Below are positions 11,301-20,991 of a DNA stretch of 64,000 bases, in pieces. The DNA lies in the IMG/VR virus record IMGVR_UViG_3300037067_008333, positions 1 to 64,000 of that record, one strand, 5' to 3'. The translations under genes and the position numbers were made by a program. The DNA comes from a virus (taxonomy: Duplodnaviria; Caudoviricetes). Below the pieces are notes generated by a model that ran no database searches, was not told the DNA's origin, and was given only the letters and a program-made list of their open reading frames with translations. The first letter of the stretch is position 1. Every line of letters starts with the position of its first letter.

Positions 11301-14300
11301 AAAGTAAAGCATTCTAATGGATATGAGACACGTTATGCTCACTTGAATTCTGTTTCTGTTCAGAATGGTGATCGTATAAAGAAAGGGCAGATTGTTGGTT
11401 ATATGGGAAATACGGGTCAGGTTACCGGTACTCATCTTCATTATGGTGTATATAAAGATGGTAATGCTGTTGATCCATTATTACAGCAAGATTTTGATCC
11501 ATATAATTTTCCATTTGTTAGTAATGTGGTTGCTAAAAGTAGAGGGTATATTGTTACAGACCAGGATGTTCAGGATATTGTTCGCGGGGGATTCAATAAG
11601 AATACTTTCAAACAGAAACTTATAGAGAAATTTAATGAGTTACCACCGACTATCAGTGCAACGAAAGTGGCTATGAATAATTTGGGTAATGTAGTTACTA
11701 CCGCTAAAGATTTTATTCGTGGTGGTTCTCAGCAAATGGCTTCAAATTCTGCTAATAAAGTTTTAGGAAAAGATTCAAATGCCATGAATAAAGTTGATAC
11801 GAAACTTCTTTATAATGGAGATGTTTTAAGTCAGCAAACATTCATGAATAGACTTGATGATAAATTTAAACTCATATCAACTATAAATGTTCCATTGTCA
11901 CAGGTTAACGAATTAATGGAAGCTAATTTTTTGCAGACATTGGCTATTCGGTATCTGTTAGTAGCTCCAAAGGAAGCATTGAATTTATTGGTAGATAACG
12001 GTAGTAAATATGCAATTAAAGATGTTATGCCTCAATGGAATGTCAACACTGTTGCCGGGGACACAACATATGATTTGTATAGTAATTATTTCGATTTGAA
12101 TCTTCCATCGTATAAAAGTGGGATTCTTTCCACTCCTGCTGATTTTTTCTATCGTCGTTTTGATAAGGTATTTTCTTTTGATGTTCTTGATGAACGTATT
12201 AGAAGAACAAAAGAAAATTATATGAATGCTTGGAAATTCCAATTAGTTGATGGATTTGCGATGTATGAAAAGCTTTCCAAAATACAGACGTATCCATTTG
12301 CTATGGGACCGGAAGATATGCGTATGGAAGAACATCATCTAAAGACTATGAAAAAGCGTATGGATGATATTGCATATGAGATCAGTAATATTCAATTTGT
12401 TGAAAAACAGTGGGATGCCAATGAGAAGATCCCGGCGCTGCGGGTTGAATATAATCATCTTAAGCGAAGTTATGACGAAGGCCAGACCGCACTTAGTCAG
12501 CAAATTAATACATTTAAAGGTAAAAATAAAAATTCCGAAAGTAATAAAGATCAGTATGAGAAAATAATTAATCTTGCTAAGACTGTTCATTCTCAATATG
12601 GTGAAGATGTTAAAAGGATGTCTATTGATAATAAAATGTCTTATGCTGCAGAACAGCGTATTTCGGTAATTCGACAGGCTATGGGGTTGGCTACTTGTTT
12701 ACGTTTAGCTGAAATCCAGAATGAACTTGAATTACAAGAGAGATCACTGAAGGTAAAAAGTGAAAGTGGTCAGCTTGGCCAGGGTATACCTCCTCAATAT
12801 AATCGTCTTTATCTGATTCGTCAGGATCTTATTTCTCAGGTAATGATGTTTTCTGAAATGCCCACACAAGATCTTTATGGTGTGGTGACACCATGGTCTT
12901 TGGAGGAATCTCAAGATATAATTGATAGGATCAGGGATGCATATAATGTATATAAAGCTAAAGACAAAACACACTCAATGGAACGTGCTTATCCTACATT
13001 AAAATTATATTTTATAGAAGAAGATTCAAAACAGTGGGGTCAATTTGATGATTATTATATGTATAACGCAATTGAGGATATCGAGGTTATTCATAGTAAA
13101 AATGCCGCAAGTTTTGTAGCAAATATAACAATCAGTAATATTTCACGGAATCTTTCAGATCCATATGCTATTTATAATGTTGAATCATCTACAAGTCAAC
13201 AGACGAGTGATGAACAGGCTTTATTTACCATGTATCTGAGGGAAGGTGTGACTATTATGATTAAGGCTGGATTCGATAATAATCCAGCTAATCTTAATAC
13301 AATTTTTATGGGAAAGATCATTTCTTGTTCTGCAGGTGATCGTGTAAGCATAGTAGCACAAAGTTTTGGTGCTGAACTTTTGGAACCTATTAATCAAGGT
13401 GTTGGTATTAAGCGTGGTTATTGTAGCCCATGTCGTACACATGGTGATATTGTTTTGTGGGCGGCTAATACATTGAGTGGTATGGAACATTTCGGTAGTC
13501 CTAATATGTATGAACGTCTTGGTTTTATTGATACTCATGGTGCTACGCCGTATTACGCAGCTCCTAAATGGCGGGCTTGGGATTTCTTAAAGAGCATGCA
13601 CCCAATTCTTGATGTTTATTTCAGGTTTGCTGTTTATGATCCGCGGTTTGAAAATGTTTATCTTCCATATTCAAAGCTTTGTATGTCTCCTATGAGCCAA
13701 GTGTTGGCTGACATGCTTGTTAATGCCGTTAAAGCTCCAGGAAAGGCTATTTTGAAAACTATTGCCGGGGTATCAGCATTAACGATTGGTGTTATAGGAT
13801 TAACATGTTTGGCATGTGCTTTACCGCTTGGTTTAAGCGCTGGTGCTGTTTTAAGTACTGTTGGTGGATTTTTGGTACCTGGAATTACAATTGGAACCGT
13901 TGTTAAATTGGGAACGTGTTTATTATTATCATATGCTTTTGGTACATTATTGGAAGGTTTGGGCCGGAATGATAACATGTTATTATTTTGGCATTCTACA
14001 TTTGATTGGGTTATCCCAGATGATACTTCATTGTGGGATCTTCTTCAAGAAGTTTCGCTTTATCATGATGATTTTATTACCACGGTTCTTCCATATAATG
14101 AATTTATTCCAGGTCAAGTTCGACAAACTTTGTATGTAGGCCCGCGGGATGGAGTATATAAGTATACTGATGTTTTTGACAATAAAGAGACATTTGATAG
14201 ATTTGTTAAAGATATTCAGTTTAAACGTAAGTTTATGGGCATGGTGATGGATCAGAGTGAACGTAAGAGAATCCAGAAGGAGTATGATTCTGTTGTAAAG

Positions 14301-15824
14301 GACGCAAACAAACTGAAAGCTAAGCAACAAAAGAATGGATTGGATTATTATGAGTTGGTACGTTATCATGATTTGTTAGCTCAAATTCGTGAGTACGAAA
14401 ATCTACGTCAGTATATTGCTCGGTATGAAGGTGTTCCTGAATTTGCTAGTGCATCTCAAAATGCTTTAGAAGTGGCAATGTATCAGCAGAGGTTGAATAA
14501 TATAAAGGATCCTAAAATTCGGAAAGAAGTACTTGCTGCTTTTAATGAGTTATCTCAGGTTGGTGCAAAAGAAGGCACGCCACAATTTAAAAAAACCATG
14601 AATGAACGCTTTTCTCGGGAAATCGGTAAAACTATAGATGAAATTGAAGAAGAGTATAGGGATAGTATGGGTGAGCAGAAATATGATATGACGCGATTGG
14701 ATTATATTAGTGCTTTTGTTGATTATAAATATGGTCATTTTATGACAAAAGATGAAGAGGATTTGAGGTATATACCATTTGAAACTAGCGGTATTATGTT
14801 TGCTATTAATAATCCCGAGGATTTGATGCATGAAGTTAATGGTAAAAAGTATTGTTCGTATCCCGGTTATATGAATGTTGTGAACTACTATTATATTGAT
14901 AGTTTCTCTCATATCATAAGTAATGATATCCGGGCTAGTGCTGAGGATGTTTATAATCATGTTATTGTCAAATATCCTCCTGATCCCACATTAAAACAGA
15001 CTACTGATCTTATGTCAAAAGAGTTTTGGGCAGATGATAATATTCGTGGTGGTAATGTTCGAACATACGTAAGTGAACAAAGGAACATAGATCCTTTGTC
15101 TGTTCCATTCTTACCTGGAGATTTTGAACAGTGGCTTGAATTTCGCCAGAAGGTTGGATCTAAAAAATTATATGGTAAATTACCACGAGTCTATCAGGTT
15201 GGATACAATATTCTGGCTAATCATATGCGCCCAATGTACCGTGGTTCTATTACAGTTATTGGCATGCCTTATGTTAAGCCGTATGATATTATCTTTATAA
15301 ACGATTATTATACGAATATGTGGGGGCCGATAGAAGTTGAGACGGTGAAACATAGATTCAATTCAGAAGGTTTTACTACTGAAATAGTTCCAAATGCTGT
15401 TATCTCATATATGCATCCTGGTAAGGTGGCTGAACTTGCTTTTATGCAGGGTTTGCAGCTTCCATTAATTGGACTTGAAATGATTAATTGGAGTATTGTA
15501 AAAACTATTGGTACTGTAAGTGGAGTTGCTGGTACAGCTGCTGGTATTGGTACAGCTGCTGGTGCTACGAGTGCCGCTCTTCCATGGGTTATTGGATTGG
15601 GTGGTTTTGGTGGAGCTCTTGGTCTTTGTTTATCGATGAGTATGTGGAACATGGGTGTAGGTAAGTTCCTGGGCCGCGATATCATAAATGTATGCGGATT
15701 ATGGTTAAATAGCCGGCCACTTACTGCTGGAATGGAAGGTGCATATAAAGATAATGTACAAGTACACATGCTTGATAATATTCAGAATCTTGTTGACTTT
15801 GATGTCATGATTCAGGGTGTATAA
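8370..15824 (+). CDS. Giant tail-tip/baseplate-hub protein with N-terminal thermonuclease (SNase) and internal M23 peptidase domains
   Basis: SNase motifs IVDGDTIDV, RRVRFGGGVNAPE and DPYGR (about 8420-8730). M23 zinc motifs HNGID (H943/D947) and HLH (H1022/H1024) at about 11142-11480. Hub-like segments IMIKAGFD...IFMGKI...VSIVAQ and YRGSITVIGMPYVKPYDIIFI...VETVKHRF. Two Gly/Ala hydrophobic stretches. Confidence 0.8.
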   Translation: MSELDRTYLNSGISNKLINATVTNIVDGDTIDVRLDTGEIRRVRFGGGVNAPEMSTPEGLVSKAWVEKNIPIGSTTSLLDFADDSISSSDCDPYGRWPYPVVMSDGKIADVELVKNGLANIDYLNSGFRSTELINKKAMRDLYYGIYKDKSIVTATEVSQVPLEKKILDTCDILKMAQEKGWIDESGMKLPGACKIGVVWLPIPPSHICVSEVNENRSINTIRTPGDPKIKTGRQDIRIELEMFFPSIHEVNTKLRPLLAQFIRSPFLPLENEHIRNLIYPDVMWSEPTRVTRERGQNGILDAHVYERYADKDMTKGVFTHANEKFQRKVSDEFTRIRDSYFNELRNLGENIKKETNATTIKSLEKRRLEVIKSIKELRVEDIALRMIRDEKPANIYDDTQLAVVLRALAITTVPGYPETLQCNITLSVFNFIPYSEDFSFIQDIDSAIKQIEYFSGRENLKFPEDVREYFNYTEYQRPELKVTKNLSESEPFLAYIMPMLTGGIFSADRTVTMKTVDGKDEEKTTGFLFVSPENYLRSVADVGEFKRFNFEYEISEISLEEKEMFDLLQDSIQMETYRYFTDFLQGYIDKDIFSIYGERLGVAWRTIVRVMLFETIKDKVKYTLDAMKNYQEEMIELPFPIKEKGKPPIIDANKPYRVADFLERIKNGLPYANQMLANLGEVLRAKSLETYGYQNIYKFSFTEDADTVVTGITAAYETKLAPISLLSHTLPTYQYMGKHDWGVKLNIQTCNESLKRILRSLSSKAAYGRVIRNRSNKGWWVNKSNSLYLNPDTFGNGIFKLLGVNHVLVEDVVYEDVKDKPGWWNISLSLVQSDLDLFLYESLLPINFFDKTVVNDLKVAMKKSYTGKQDEMYTKIAEKYPYLAKYIFDQMQSYVYRQTYNVFYGGSSATPELPHTTSTPSGQITSYFGFRTNPVTGENQIHNGIDLTGNVNTPIPCLVDGIVTFAGEADINGNLVKVKHSNGYETRYAHLNSVSVQNGDRIKKGQIVGYMGNTGQVTGTHLHYGVYKDGNAVDPLLQQDFDPYNFPFVSNVVAKSRGYIVTDQDVQDIVRGGFNKNTFKQKLIEKFNELPPTISATKVAMNNLGNVVTTAKDFIRGGSQQMASNSANKVLGKDSNAMNKVDTKLLYNGDVLSQQTFMNRLDDKFKLISTINVPLSQVNELMEANFLQTLAIRYLLVAPKEALNLLVDNGSKYAIKDVMPQWNVNTVAGDTTYDLYSNYFDLNLPSYKSGILSTPADFFYRRFDKVFSFDVLDERIRRTKENYMNAWKFQLVDGFAMYEKLSKIQTYPFAMGPEDMRMEEHHLKTMKKRMDDIAYEISNIQFVEKQWDANEKIPALRVEYNHLKRSYDEGQTALSQQINTFKGKNKNSESNKDQYEKIINLAKTVHSQYGEDVKRMSIDNKMSYAAEQRISVIRQAMGLATCLRLAEIQNELELQERSLKVKSESGQLGQGIPPQYNRLYLIRQDLISQVMMFSEMPTQDLYGVVTPWSLEESQDIIDRIRDAYNVYKAKDKTHSMERAYPTLKLYFIEEDSKQWGQFDDYYMYNAIEDIEVIHSKNAASFVANITISNISRNLSDPYAIYNVESSTSQQTSDEQALFTMYLREGVTIMIKAGFDNNPANLNTIFMGKIISCSAGDRVSIVAQSFGAELLEPINQGVGIKRGYCSPCRTHGDIVLWAANTLSGMEHFGSPNMYERLGFIDTHGATPYYAAPKWRAWDFLKSMHPILDVYFRFAVYDPRFENVYLPYSKLCMSPMSQVLADMLVNAVKAPGKAILKTIAGVSALTIGVIGLTCLACALPLGLSAGAVLSTVGGFLVPGITIGTVVKLGTCLLLSYAFGTLLEGLGRNDNMLLFWHSTFDWVIPDDTSLWDLLQEVSLYHDDFITTVLPYNEFIPGQVRQTLYVGPRDGVYKYTDVFDNKETFDRFVKDIQFKRKFMGMVMDQSERKRIQKEYDSVVKDANKLKAKQQKNGLDYYELVRYHDLLAQIREYENLRQYIARYEGVPEFASASQNALEVAMYQQRLNNIKDPKIRKEVLAAFNELSQVGAKEGTPQFKKTMNERFSREIGKTIDEIEEEYRDSMGEQKYDMTRLDYISAFVDYKYGHFMTKDEEDLRYIPFETSGIMFAINNPEDLMHEVNGKKYCSYPGYMNVVNYYYIDSFSHIISNDIRASAEDVYNHVIVKYPPDPTLKQTTDLMSKEFWADDNIRGGNVRTYVSEQRNIDPLSVPFLPGDFEQWLEFRQKVGSKKLYGKLPRVYQVGYNILANHMRPMYRGSITVIGMPYVKPYDIIFINDYYTNMWGPIEVETVKHRFNSEGFTTEIVPNAVISYMHPGKVAELAFMQGLQLPLIGLEMINWSIVKTIGTVSGVAGTAAGIGTAAGATSAALPWVIGLGGFGGALGLCLSMSMWNMGVGKFLGRDIINVCGLWLNSRPLTAGMEGAYKDNVQVHMLDNIQNLVDFDVMIQGV

Positions 15825-16492
15825 TGCTTAAAATACTTCAACTTAGTAATTTTACAATAGCATATCAGGATTTTGAAAAAAATGGCGATTATAATATTCG
15901 GATTTCATTTAAGCCGAATTTGGATGATCCCGTTGAAGCGAAATTTGGGTTTCAATATGGTTTGATATTATATCCTCATTTATTCGGTCAAATTGATACA
16001 ACAATTAATGATGATGATTATTATTGTTATATTCTTTACGATGATTTAGCAGCTAATGTTCAGAATAGTCCATATCCATATTTTGCATATTTTAAGAAAA
16101 AATTGGAAAAGGATATAAATGAAATAACACCGAATGAGCCAGCAAAGGTTGCTCAAGGTATAGATGAGCGGATTGGAGTCGAATTTCGTGCATTGAAAGG
16201 TCCTACTGGTGAAACGGGTGTAAATCTGGGTAGTGATGTTTTGGAAATGGTTGCTGGTGACAATAGGATGGTAATTAGTAATAAAGGTATATCATTTTAT
16301 GGTGAGGTTACAAATTATCGGTTACCCACAGATTCAATGGGAGGTATTTTTCAGCAGACTGGAATTATGCATTTGATTCCAGATGTTCCTCCTTTTGGTC
16401 AAATAAAGTATGTTCCAAATTCAAGTATGTTGATGCGTGTTAGTTCTATTTTAAATTTAGTTAAGATATTTCAACAGGGTATTGGTGGGTAG
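15824..16492 (+). CDS. Hypothetical baseplate-region protein (possibly spike-like)
   Basis: Sits between the hub-like gene and the gp25-like gene, has short beta-strand-like segments (EMVAGDNRMVISNKGISFYG), and overlaps the previous stop (TAATG). Confidence 0.45.
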   Translation: MLKILQLSNFTIAYQDFEKNGDYNIRISFKPNLDDPVEAKFGFQYGLILYPHLFGQIDTTINDDDYYCYILYDDLAANVQNSPYPYFAYFKKKLEKDINEITPNEPAKVAQGIDERIGVEFRALKGPTGETGVNLGSDVLEMVAGDNRMVISNKGISFYGEVTNYRLPTDSMGGIFQQTGIMHLIPDVPPFGQIKYVPNSSMLMRVSSILNLVKIFQQGIGG

Positions 16493-16504
16493 TGGAGGAA
16501 TCAG

Positions 16505-16963
16505 ATGAGCATGTTTTCTGGTGACATAAAATTGGATCAAGATGGAAATACAGTAATTGAGAATGGTGATTTTGTAATGACCGAAGATGATTCTCAATTT
16601 ATTCTTCATATGTTGACAACATCTCCCGGTAGTTGGTTATTACATCCTGAGCTTGGAGTTGGATTGCAGACTTATATTGGTAATTTTACCAATGTTGAGA
16701 CTATAAAGAAAATTAGATTTAGTATTTCTGATTTTTTTAAGAGATATGGGTTTTTTCCTGATATTACACTATATTATCTTGATGATGAGACATTGATTTG
16801 TTATTTAAATTTTCATATTTTAGGGGATGTTCAAACAACTGGAGTTACTTTTTCTTTTAATATGAAGAATGGTGGTATTACTTTTTTGACGGATGCCGAT
16901 AAGGTATCAGAGGATGTTACATTGGAAGTGCCAAAGAGTAAATATCTTCGGAGGCGGTCATGA
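16505..16963 (+). CDS. Baseplate wedge / sheath-initiator protein (gp25/GPW-like)
   Basis: GDIKLDQDG...GDF...LTTSPGSWLLHPELGVGLQTYIG pattern typical of gp25-like proteins, GGAGG RBS, and position just before baseplate J. Confidence 0.75.
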   Translation: MSMFSGDIKLDQDGNTVIENGDFVMTEDDSQFILHMLTTSPGSWLLHPELGVGLQTYIGNFTNVETIKKIRFSISDFFKRYGFFPDITLYYLDDETLICYLNFHILGDVQTTGVTFSFNMKNGGITFLTDADKVSEDVTLEVPKSKYLRRRS

Positions 16964-17094
16964 CTGTAAAGGTAAATAAGAAATTGAGAGTAAAATCGTC
17001 AGATAAAGTTAAACGTATAGATGGAGTATACAATCGCGCAAAAGAAAAAGACGTATTGCGGCGGTTAAAAAATGGAGATTATAATGGATACTAA
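16960..17094 (+). CDS. Small basic protein (44 aa), not in the ORF track
   Basis: Translation MTVKVNKKLRVKSSDKVKRIDGVYNRAKEKDVLRRLKNGDYNGY. GGAGG at 16950-16954, ATGA overlap with the upstream stop, and it fills an otherwise empty gap. Confidence 0.55.
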   Translation: MTVKVNKKLRVKSSDKVKRIDGVYNRAKEKDVLRRLKNGDYNGY

Positions 17095-18274
17095 TACATG
17101 GTTAACGGAATCATTAGATAGATTATCAACAAATAGTAAGTTTAAGGCTACGTCTGCGGGGGCCATTGCGCGTAATATGCTTGAAAGTTGGAATAGTATA
17201 ACTAATAGTGTTGCGTTTACATTGGATTTGAAGATTCTTGATGCTATTGTTACAACTGCAGCTGGAGATAATCTTGATAATATAGGTAAATTAGTAAATG
17301 TGGAACGGTTTGGGACTCAATATGCTTTAGGTTTAGTTAAGATTGGTATTGATTCTACTTTAGGGAAAACACTTGATGATTTGAAGGATCTAATCGAAGA
17401 TGCTACTGGAACTCGGCCCGAAGATATTATATTGGCGGCTGGCACTGAAATATCAAATGAAAATGGAAGTATTCTTTATCATACAGTGAGTGATGTGACT
17501 TTAATTGATGGTGATGTTTATGTTAATGCTTTGTGTTATCTGGAAGGCGTTTCTGGAAATATATCATCTGGTGTATTGAATAAATTCTCAAGTTTTTCTA
17601 ATTCACTTTTCCCTATTTATAACTACTTGATTGTAACAAATCCTAATCCAATAGATGCCGGATCAGATAAAGAGAGTGACGATAATTATAGGTATAGGAT
17701 TATTAACGCATTCACAGCCAGCGCTAAAGCTAATGAGATGTCAATAAGGCTTGCGGCACTTTCAGTGCCAGGTGTTGCTGATGTTATAATGAAGAGATAT
17801 GCGTATGGGATCGGTACAACTGGCGTGTTTGTTATATCTGAATCACCTATAGTTTCTCAAGGTATTGTAGATGCTGTATCTGTGGCAACTAATATGGTTT
17901 GTTCTTCAGGCGAGAAGACTATTGCTTCAGCTCCAAATTATAAAGCTATATATTCATCTATTGTTTTAGAATTTAAGTCAGATACTCCTGTGAGTGTTAA
18001 AGATTCAGTTTGTGTACAAGTTCGTAGTAATATTGTTTCTTATATAAATAATTTAAAGGTGAATGAAGAATTCGTATTACATCAACTTGAACAGGTTATT
18101 TTGAGTACATCTAATCGTATATACGATTATGTTATTCAAAAAATGGGTATTGGTGATTATAATTTTGATACGGGATTGATTGATTATTACCAAGATGTTG
18201 TTCCTGGGAATCAGGTTGTTGTTGATATGGATAAATGGGTGACTAATTCGAAACTTGTTGATGTCTGTTATTAG
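17084..18274 (+). CDS. Baseplate J-like protein (P2 gpJ / Mu gp47 family)
   Basis: TAAGDNLDNIGKLVNVER, AGTEIS, GNISSGVLNK, GSDKESDDNYRYRI and ALSVPGVADV motifs. ATG at 17084 follows GGAG; an alternative start exists at 17072. Confidence 0.85.
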   Translation: MDTNTWLTESLDRLSTNSKFKATSAGAIARNMLESWNSITNSVAFTLDLKILDAIVTTAAGDNLDNIGKLVNVERFGTQYALGLVKIGIDSTLGKTLDDLKDLIEDATGTRPEDIILAAGTEISNENGSILYHTVSDVTLIDGDVYVNALCYLEGVSGNISSGVLNKFSSFSNSLFPIYNYLIVTNPNPIDAGSDKESDDNYRYRIINAFTASAKANEMSIRLAALSVPGVADVIMKRYAYGIGTTGVFVISESPIVSQGIVDAVSVATNMVCSSGEKTIASAPNYKAIYSSIVLEFKSDTPVSVKDSVCVQVRSNIVSYINNLKVNEEFVLHQLEQVILSTSNRIYDYVIQKMGIGDYNFDTGLIDYYQDVVPGNQVVVDMDKWVTNSKLVDVCY

Positions 18275-18284
18275 GAGTTAAGAT

Positions 18285-19199
18285 ATGGAATCAAAATACA
18301 CTAAACGGATTTTGTCAGCGTTTCCAAATAATTTCGGCCTCGTTGAGAACAAGAAAGATCCATTACATATTATTGCTGATTTAGGTGGTATACTTGTAAC
18401 TCAATTTGAGAATGAAGAAAGTGGTAAAATTAAAAATCTATTTGTAGATAGTTGTGATCCAACTCTTCCATCTAGTGCTTATTATATAGATATGGAAGTT
18501 GAGAGTATGGATGGAGTTGCGATTGATGTGCTTACTAATGGTGGCGCAAAAATCGTATTTAACGAAAATAATTTTTTATCAAAAGAGATAACCGGATTCG
18601 ATTTGATTGATAATATTGAGCCCAGTGGAGTTATGTTATCCAGTCAAATTACAGGATTATCTCATGGGTTTGATTGGGATGATCCAAATGATTATATAAC
18701 TATGTCAGGATCACAGAATGTTTATGTGTATACTGATTTTGATGATACTCCATCTCTGATTGATTATTCTTATTTGATTCAATCTTATGATTATACTGGA
18801 TATGATGAGTATGTTAATATCATTGATGAGGATGGAACGAAAGTCGCATATCTATCCAGAGAAGATATATCTGATGTAACTATAATTGATGTTGCGAACT
18901 TACAAGATCCTAATAATCCAGATTCTGATGGCATAATTGTTAATTCTAGTGATTATACTGTAGATGATAACAAGATTACATTTGCCACTGAAAGATCCGA
19001 TTATAATCCTGCAGTATTAACCACGGTTGGTGATGCTCAAATGTATGTATATCCGGCGAATTATCAACCTGATAGATATTTTACGAGTGTGTATATAGCT
19101 GAATATAAATATAAGGTTAATGATAATCCGAGATATTTAACTCAATTACGCAAACTACATGATGTAGGGTTGAAAGATAATCCTATTGCCACATATTGA
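18285..19199 (+). CDS. Hypothetical virion (baseplate-region) protein
   Basis: 304-aa acidic, beta-rich ORF with AGGAG RBS directly after baseplate J. Confidence 0.55.
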   Translation: MESKYTKRILSAFPNNFGLVENKKDPLHIIADLGGILVTQFENEESGKIKNLFVDSCDPTLPSSAYYIDMEVESMDGVAIDVLTNGGAKIVFNENNFLSKEITGFDLIDNIEPSGVMLSSQITGLSHGFDWDDPNDYITMSGSQNVYVYTDFDDTPSLIDYSYLIQSYDYTGYDEYVNIIDEDGTKVAYLSREDISDVTIIDVANLQDPNNPDSDGIIVNSSDYTVDDNKITFATERSDYNPAVLTTVGDAQMYVYPANYQPDRYFTSVYIAEYKYKVNDNPRYLTQLRKLHDVGLKDNPIATY

Positions 19200-19227
19200 A
19201 ATTATTGTAATTTTGTATATATTATAA
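19196..19227 (+). promoter_or_regulatory. Promoter, TTGAAA-N18-TATTATAA class (site 2 of 4)
   Basis: TTGAAA at 19196-19201 and TATTAT at 19220-19225. TTTGTATATATTATAA is identical to site 4. Confidence 0.7.
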
Positions 19228-19241
19228 GTGTGGTATATAAT

Positions 19242-20183
19242 ATGGAAAGATCTAAAGTAGATGATTCAATATTAGTATATTCACCGTTTCAAATAAGGCC
19301 CGGTACTTCTTGTACTGTAGAAGTTACGTGTTATTCTAGTATTACGATTTCATGGGATTCTTCTACTACATTAAATGAAACAATATCGGGTTTTGTGGTG
19401 TCGGAATCTGTCAAGTCTACTGTGGATATTCCGGTTGAAAACATCACAATATCATATGTTGATGATGATTCTGTAGTTACCATAGATCCAATAAATAACG
19501 GTGTGATAGATCTTGATATATATTTTTATGTTAAAACTACAAATACAGTTATTTCTGAATCGGCATTTAATTCACTGAGCACGACTTATTATAAAGATTA
19601 TATTTTGATCGATAATGTTGTTATACCAAAGACTATAATACCTTTTGCTATAGATAGTAATGCCGTGGCTGTTAAGGTTACACCAGATGCTGATAATAAT
19701 GGCGTTGATTATTTTGGTGATGTCAAATTAACCATTAATAGTGAAGGATTGTTGGAATCTGAAGATTTTAAGTTGTATATACTAAAAACCGGTAGGGAAT
19801 GCGTGAGAGTTCCGATGGATTTTGATGGTCCATATATTATGATTGAAAATGGGATGAAGGTCATTGAAATAGACAATCAAGAATGGATAAGTGGATATAA
19901 TGAAGCCAGGGGATTATTGGTTTATGGTAATAATATTATTGTGACTACTAATAAATCATTATGTGTATTTGATATATATAGTGATTTTTCAGAGCCAATT
20001 TTAGAGGATATTCACATACAAGGTTATGATTTAACTTATTTTGAAGATGATACTATAGGAGTTGTTTCCGGATCATATATCCAGAAATATAAATTACGGC
20101 ATGATTTTATATATGTTGATAAAGAAAATAAACGTATATATTTTCGCGAGAAGGATCCAAGGATAAATATCACTCAAAATTAA
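19242..20183 (+). CDS. Hypothetical virion protein
   Basis: 313 aa from the ATG at 19242 (track start GTG 19230). Acidic, beta-rich composition within the structural block. Confidence 0.55.
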   Translation: MERSKVDDSILVYSPFQIRPGTSCTVEVTCYSSITISWDSSTTLNETISGFVVSESVKSTVDIPVENITISYVDDDSVVTIDPINNGVIDLDIYFYVKTTNTVISESAFNSLSTTYYKDYILIDNVVIPKTIIPFAIDSNAVAVKVTPDADNNGVDYFGDVKLTINSEGLLESEDFKLYILKTGRECVRVPMDFDGPYIMIENGMKVIEIDNQEWISGYNEARGLLVYGNNIIVTTNKSLCVFDIYSDFSEPILEDIHIQGYDLTYFEDDTIGVVSGSYIQKYKLRHDFIYVDKENKRIYFREKDPRINITQN

Positions 20184-20197
20184 TAGAGGTATAGAAA

Positions 20198-20989
20198 ATG
20201 TCAGATTTCTCATTTGTTAATAAAAGGTTACCTGGAGAAGAAGTTGATGTTGTTGATGTTAGAGTTATACCTTCCACTTCTCCTTATGAAGTAAGACTAA
20301 CTGAAGTTCCCCTAAGATATATTAGCACTATTACTACGGATGATATGGTGTTATATGAGCAGGTTGGATCTTTAAGTCCACTTCCTGGTAAATTTTTAGT
20401 TGATTATTCCAATGGTAGTATTACATTTAATGCTGCTCAGCTTGGGGAATCTGTCAGTATTTCATATCAGGGTACTGGGTCTGTAATATGGGCTGAAGAC
20501 TTTAATGAAATAATTGATGCACGTGGTAGTATGGATTCTTTGGATGAAAGATTGGATGTTTTTTTAAATGATGATGGTACTCCTCGTAGTTCTTGGATAA
20601 CTGTGGCTGCCAGTGGTACCATGGTAGCAGTTAAAGAAGATGATGTTGATGTTTCTACGTATCCTTCAGCTATTAGTTTTAATCATGGTTTTGATGTAGA
20701 TGTTGATGTGAATCCTACCGGTATTGTTTCTGTTGATATTGATGAGAGTGAGTTGGATCCGGAGCTTATTCCTGTAGTTCCGAGTGGATGGTTGAGTTCA
20801 ACAAATGTGCAAGATATTTTAGATGAAGTAATTACACGAGTCATTCTTCCGAGTTATACTCAAGCCGAAATTATAGCGTTGCCTGAAAGTGAAAAGGAAA
20901 TAGGTGAATTGTTTTATGTAACCGACGAAGAAACCGTTGGTATTTGGAATGGAATATCGGTTACATTATTAACTATTGGAGGTGAATAA
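20198..20989 (+). CDS. Hypothetical tail/baseplate protein
   Basis: 263 aa with GAGG RBS and a KFLVDYSNGSITF...SISYQG beta-sandwich-like segment. Confidence 0.55.
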   Translation: MSDFSFVNKRLPGEEVDVVDVRVIPSTSPYEVRLTEVPLRYISTITTDDMVLYEQVGSLSPLPGKFLVDYSNGSITFNAAQLGESVSISYQGTGSVIWAEDFNEIIDARGSMDSLDERLDVFLNDDGTPRSSWITVAASGTMVAVKEDDVDVSTYPSAISFNHGFDVDVDVNPTGIVSVDIDESELDPELIPVVPSGWLSSTNVQDILDEVITRVILPSYTQAEIIALPESEKEIGELFYVTDEETVGIWNGISVTLLTIGGE

Positions 20990-20991
20990 TT

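Noticed and set aside
16526-16552. DQDGN in the gp25-like protein as a second polymerase motif
   Set aside because: It lacks the third Asp and lies in an ordinary beta-hairpin at the start of a 152-aa baseplate protein.
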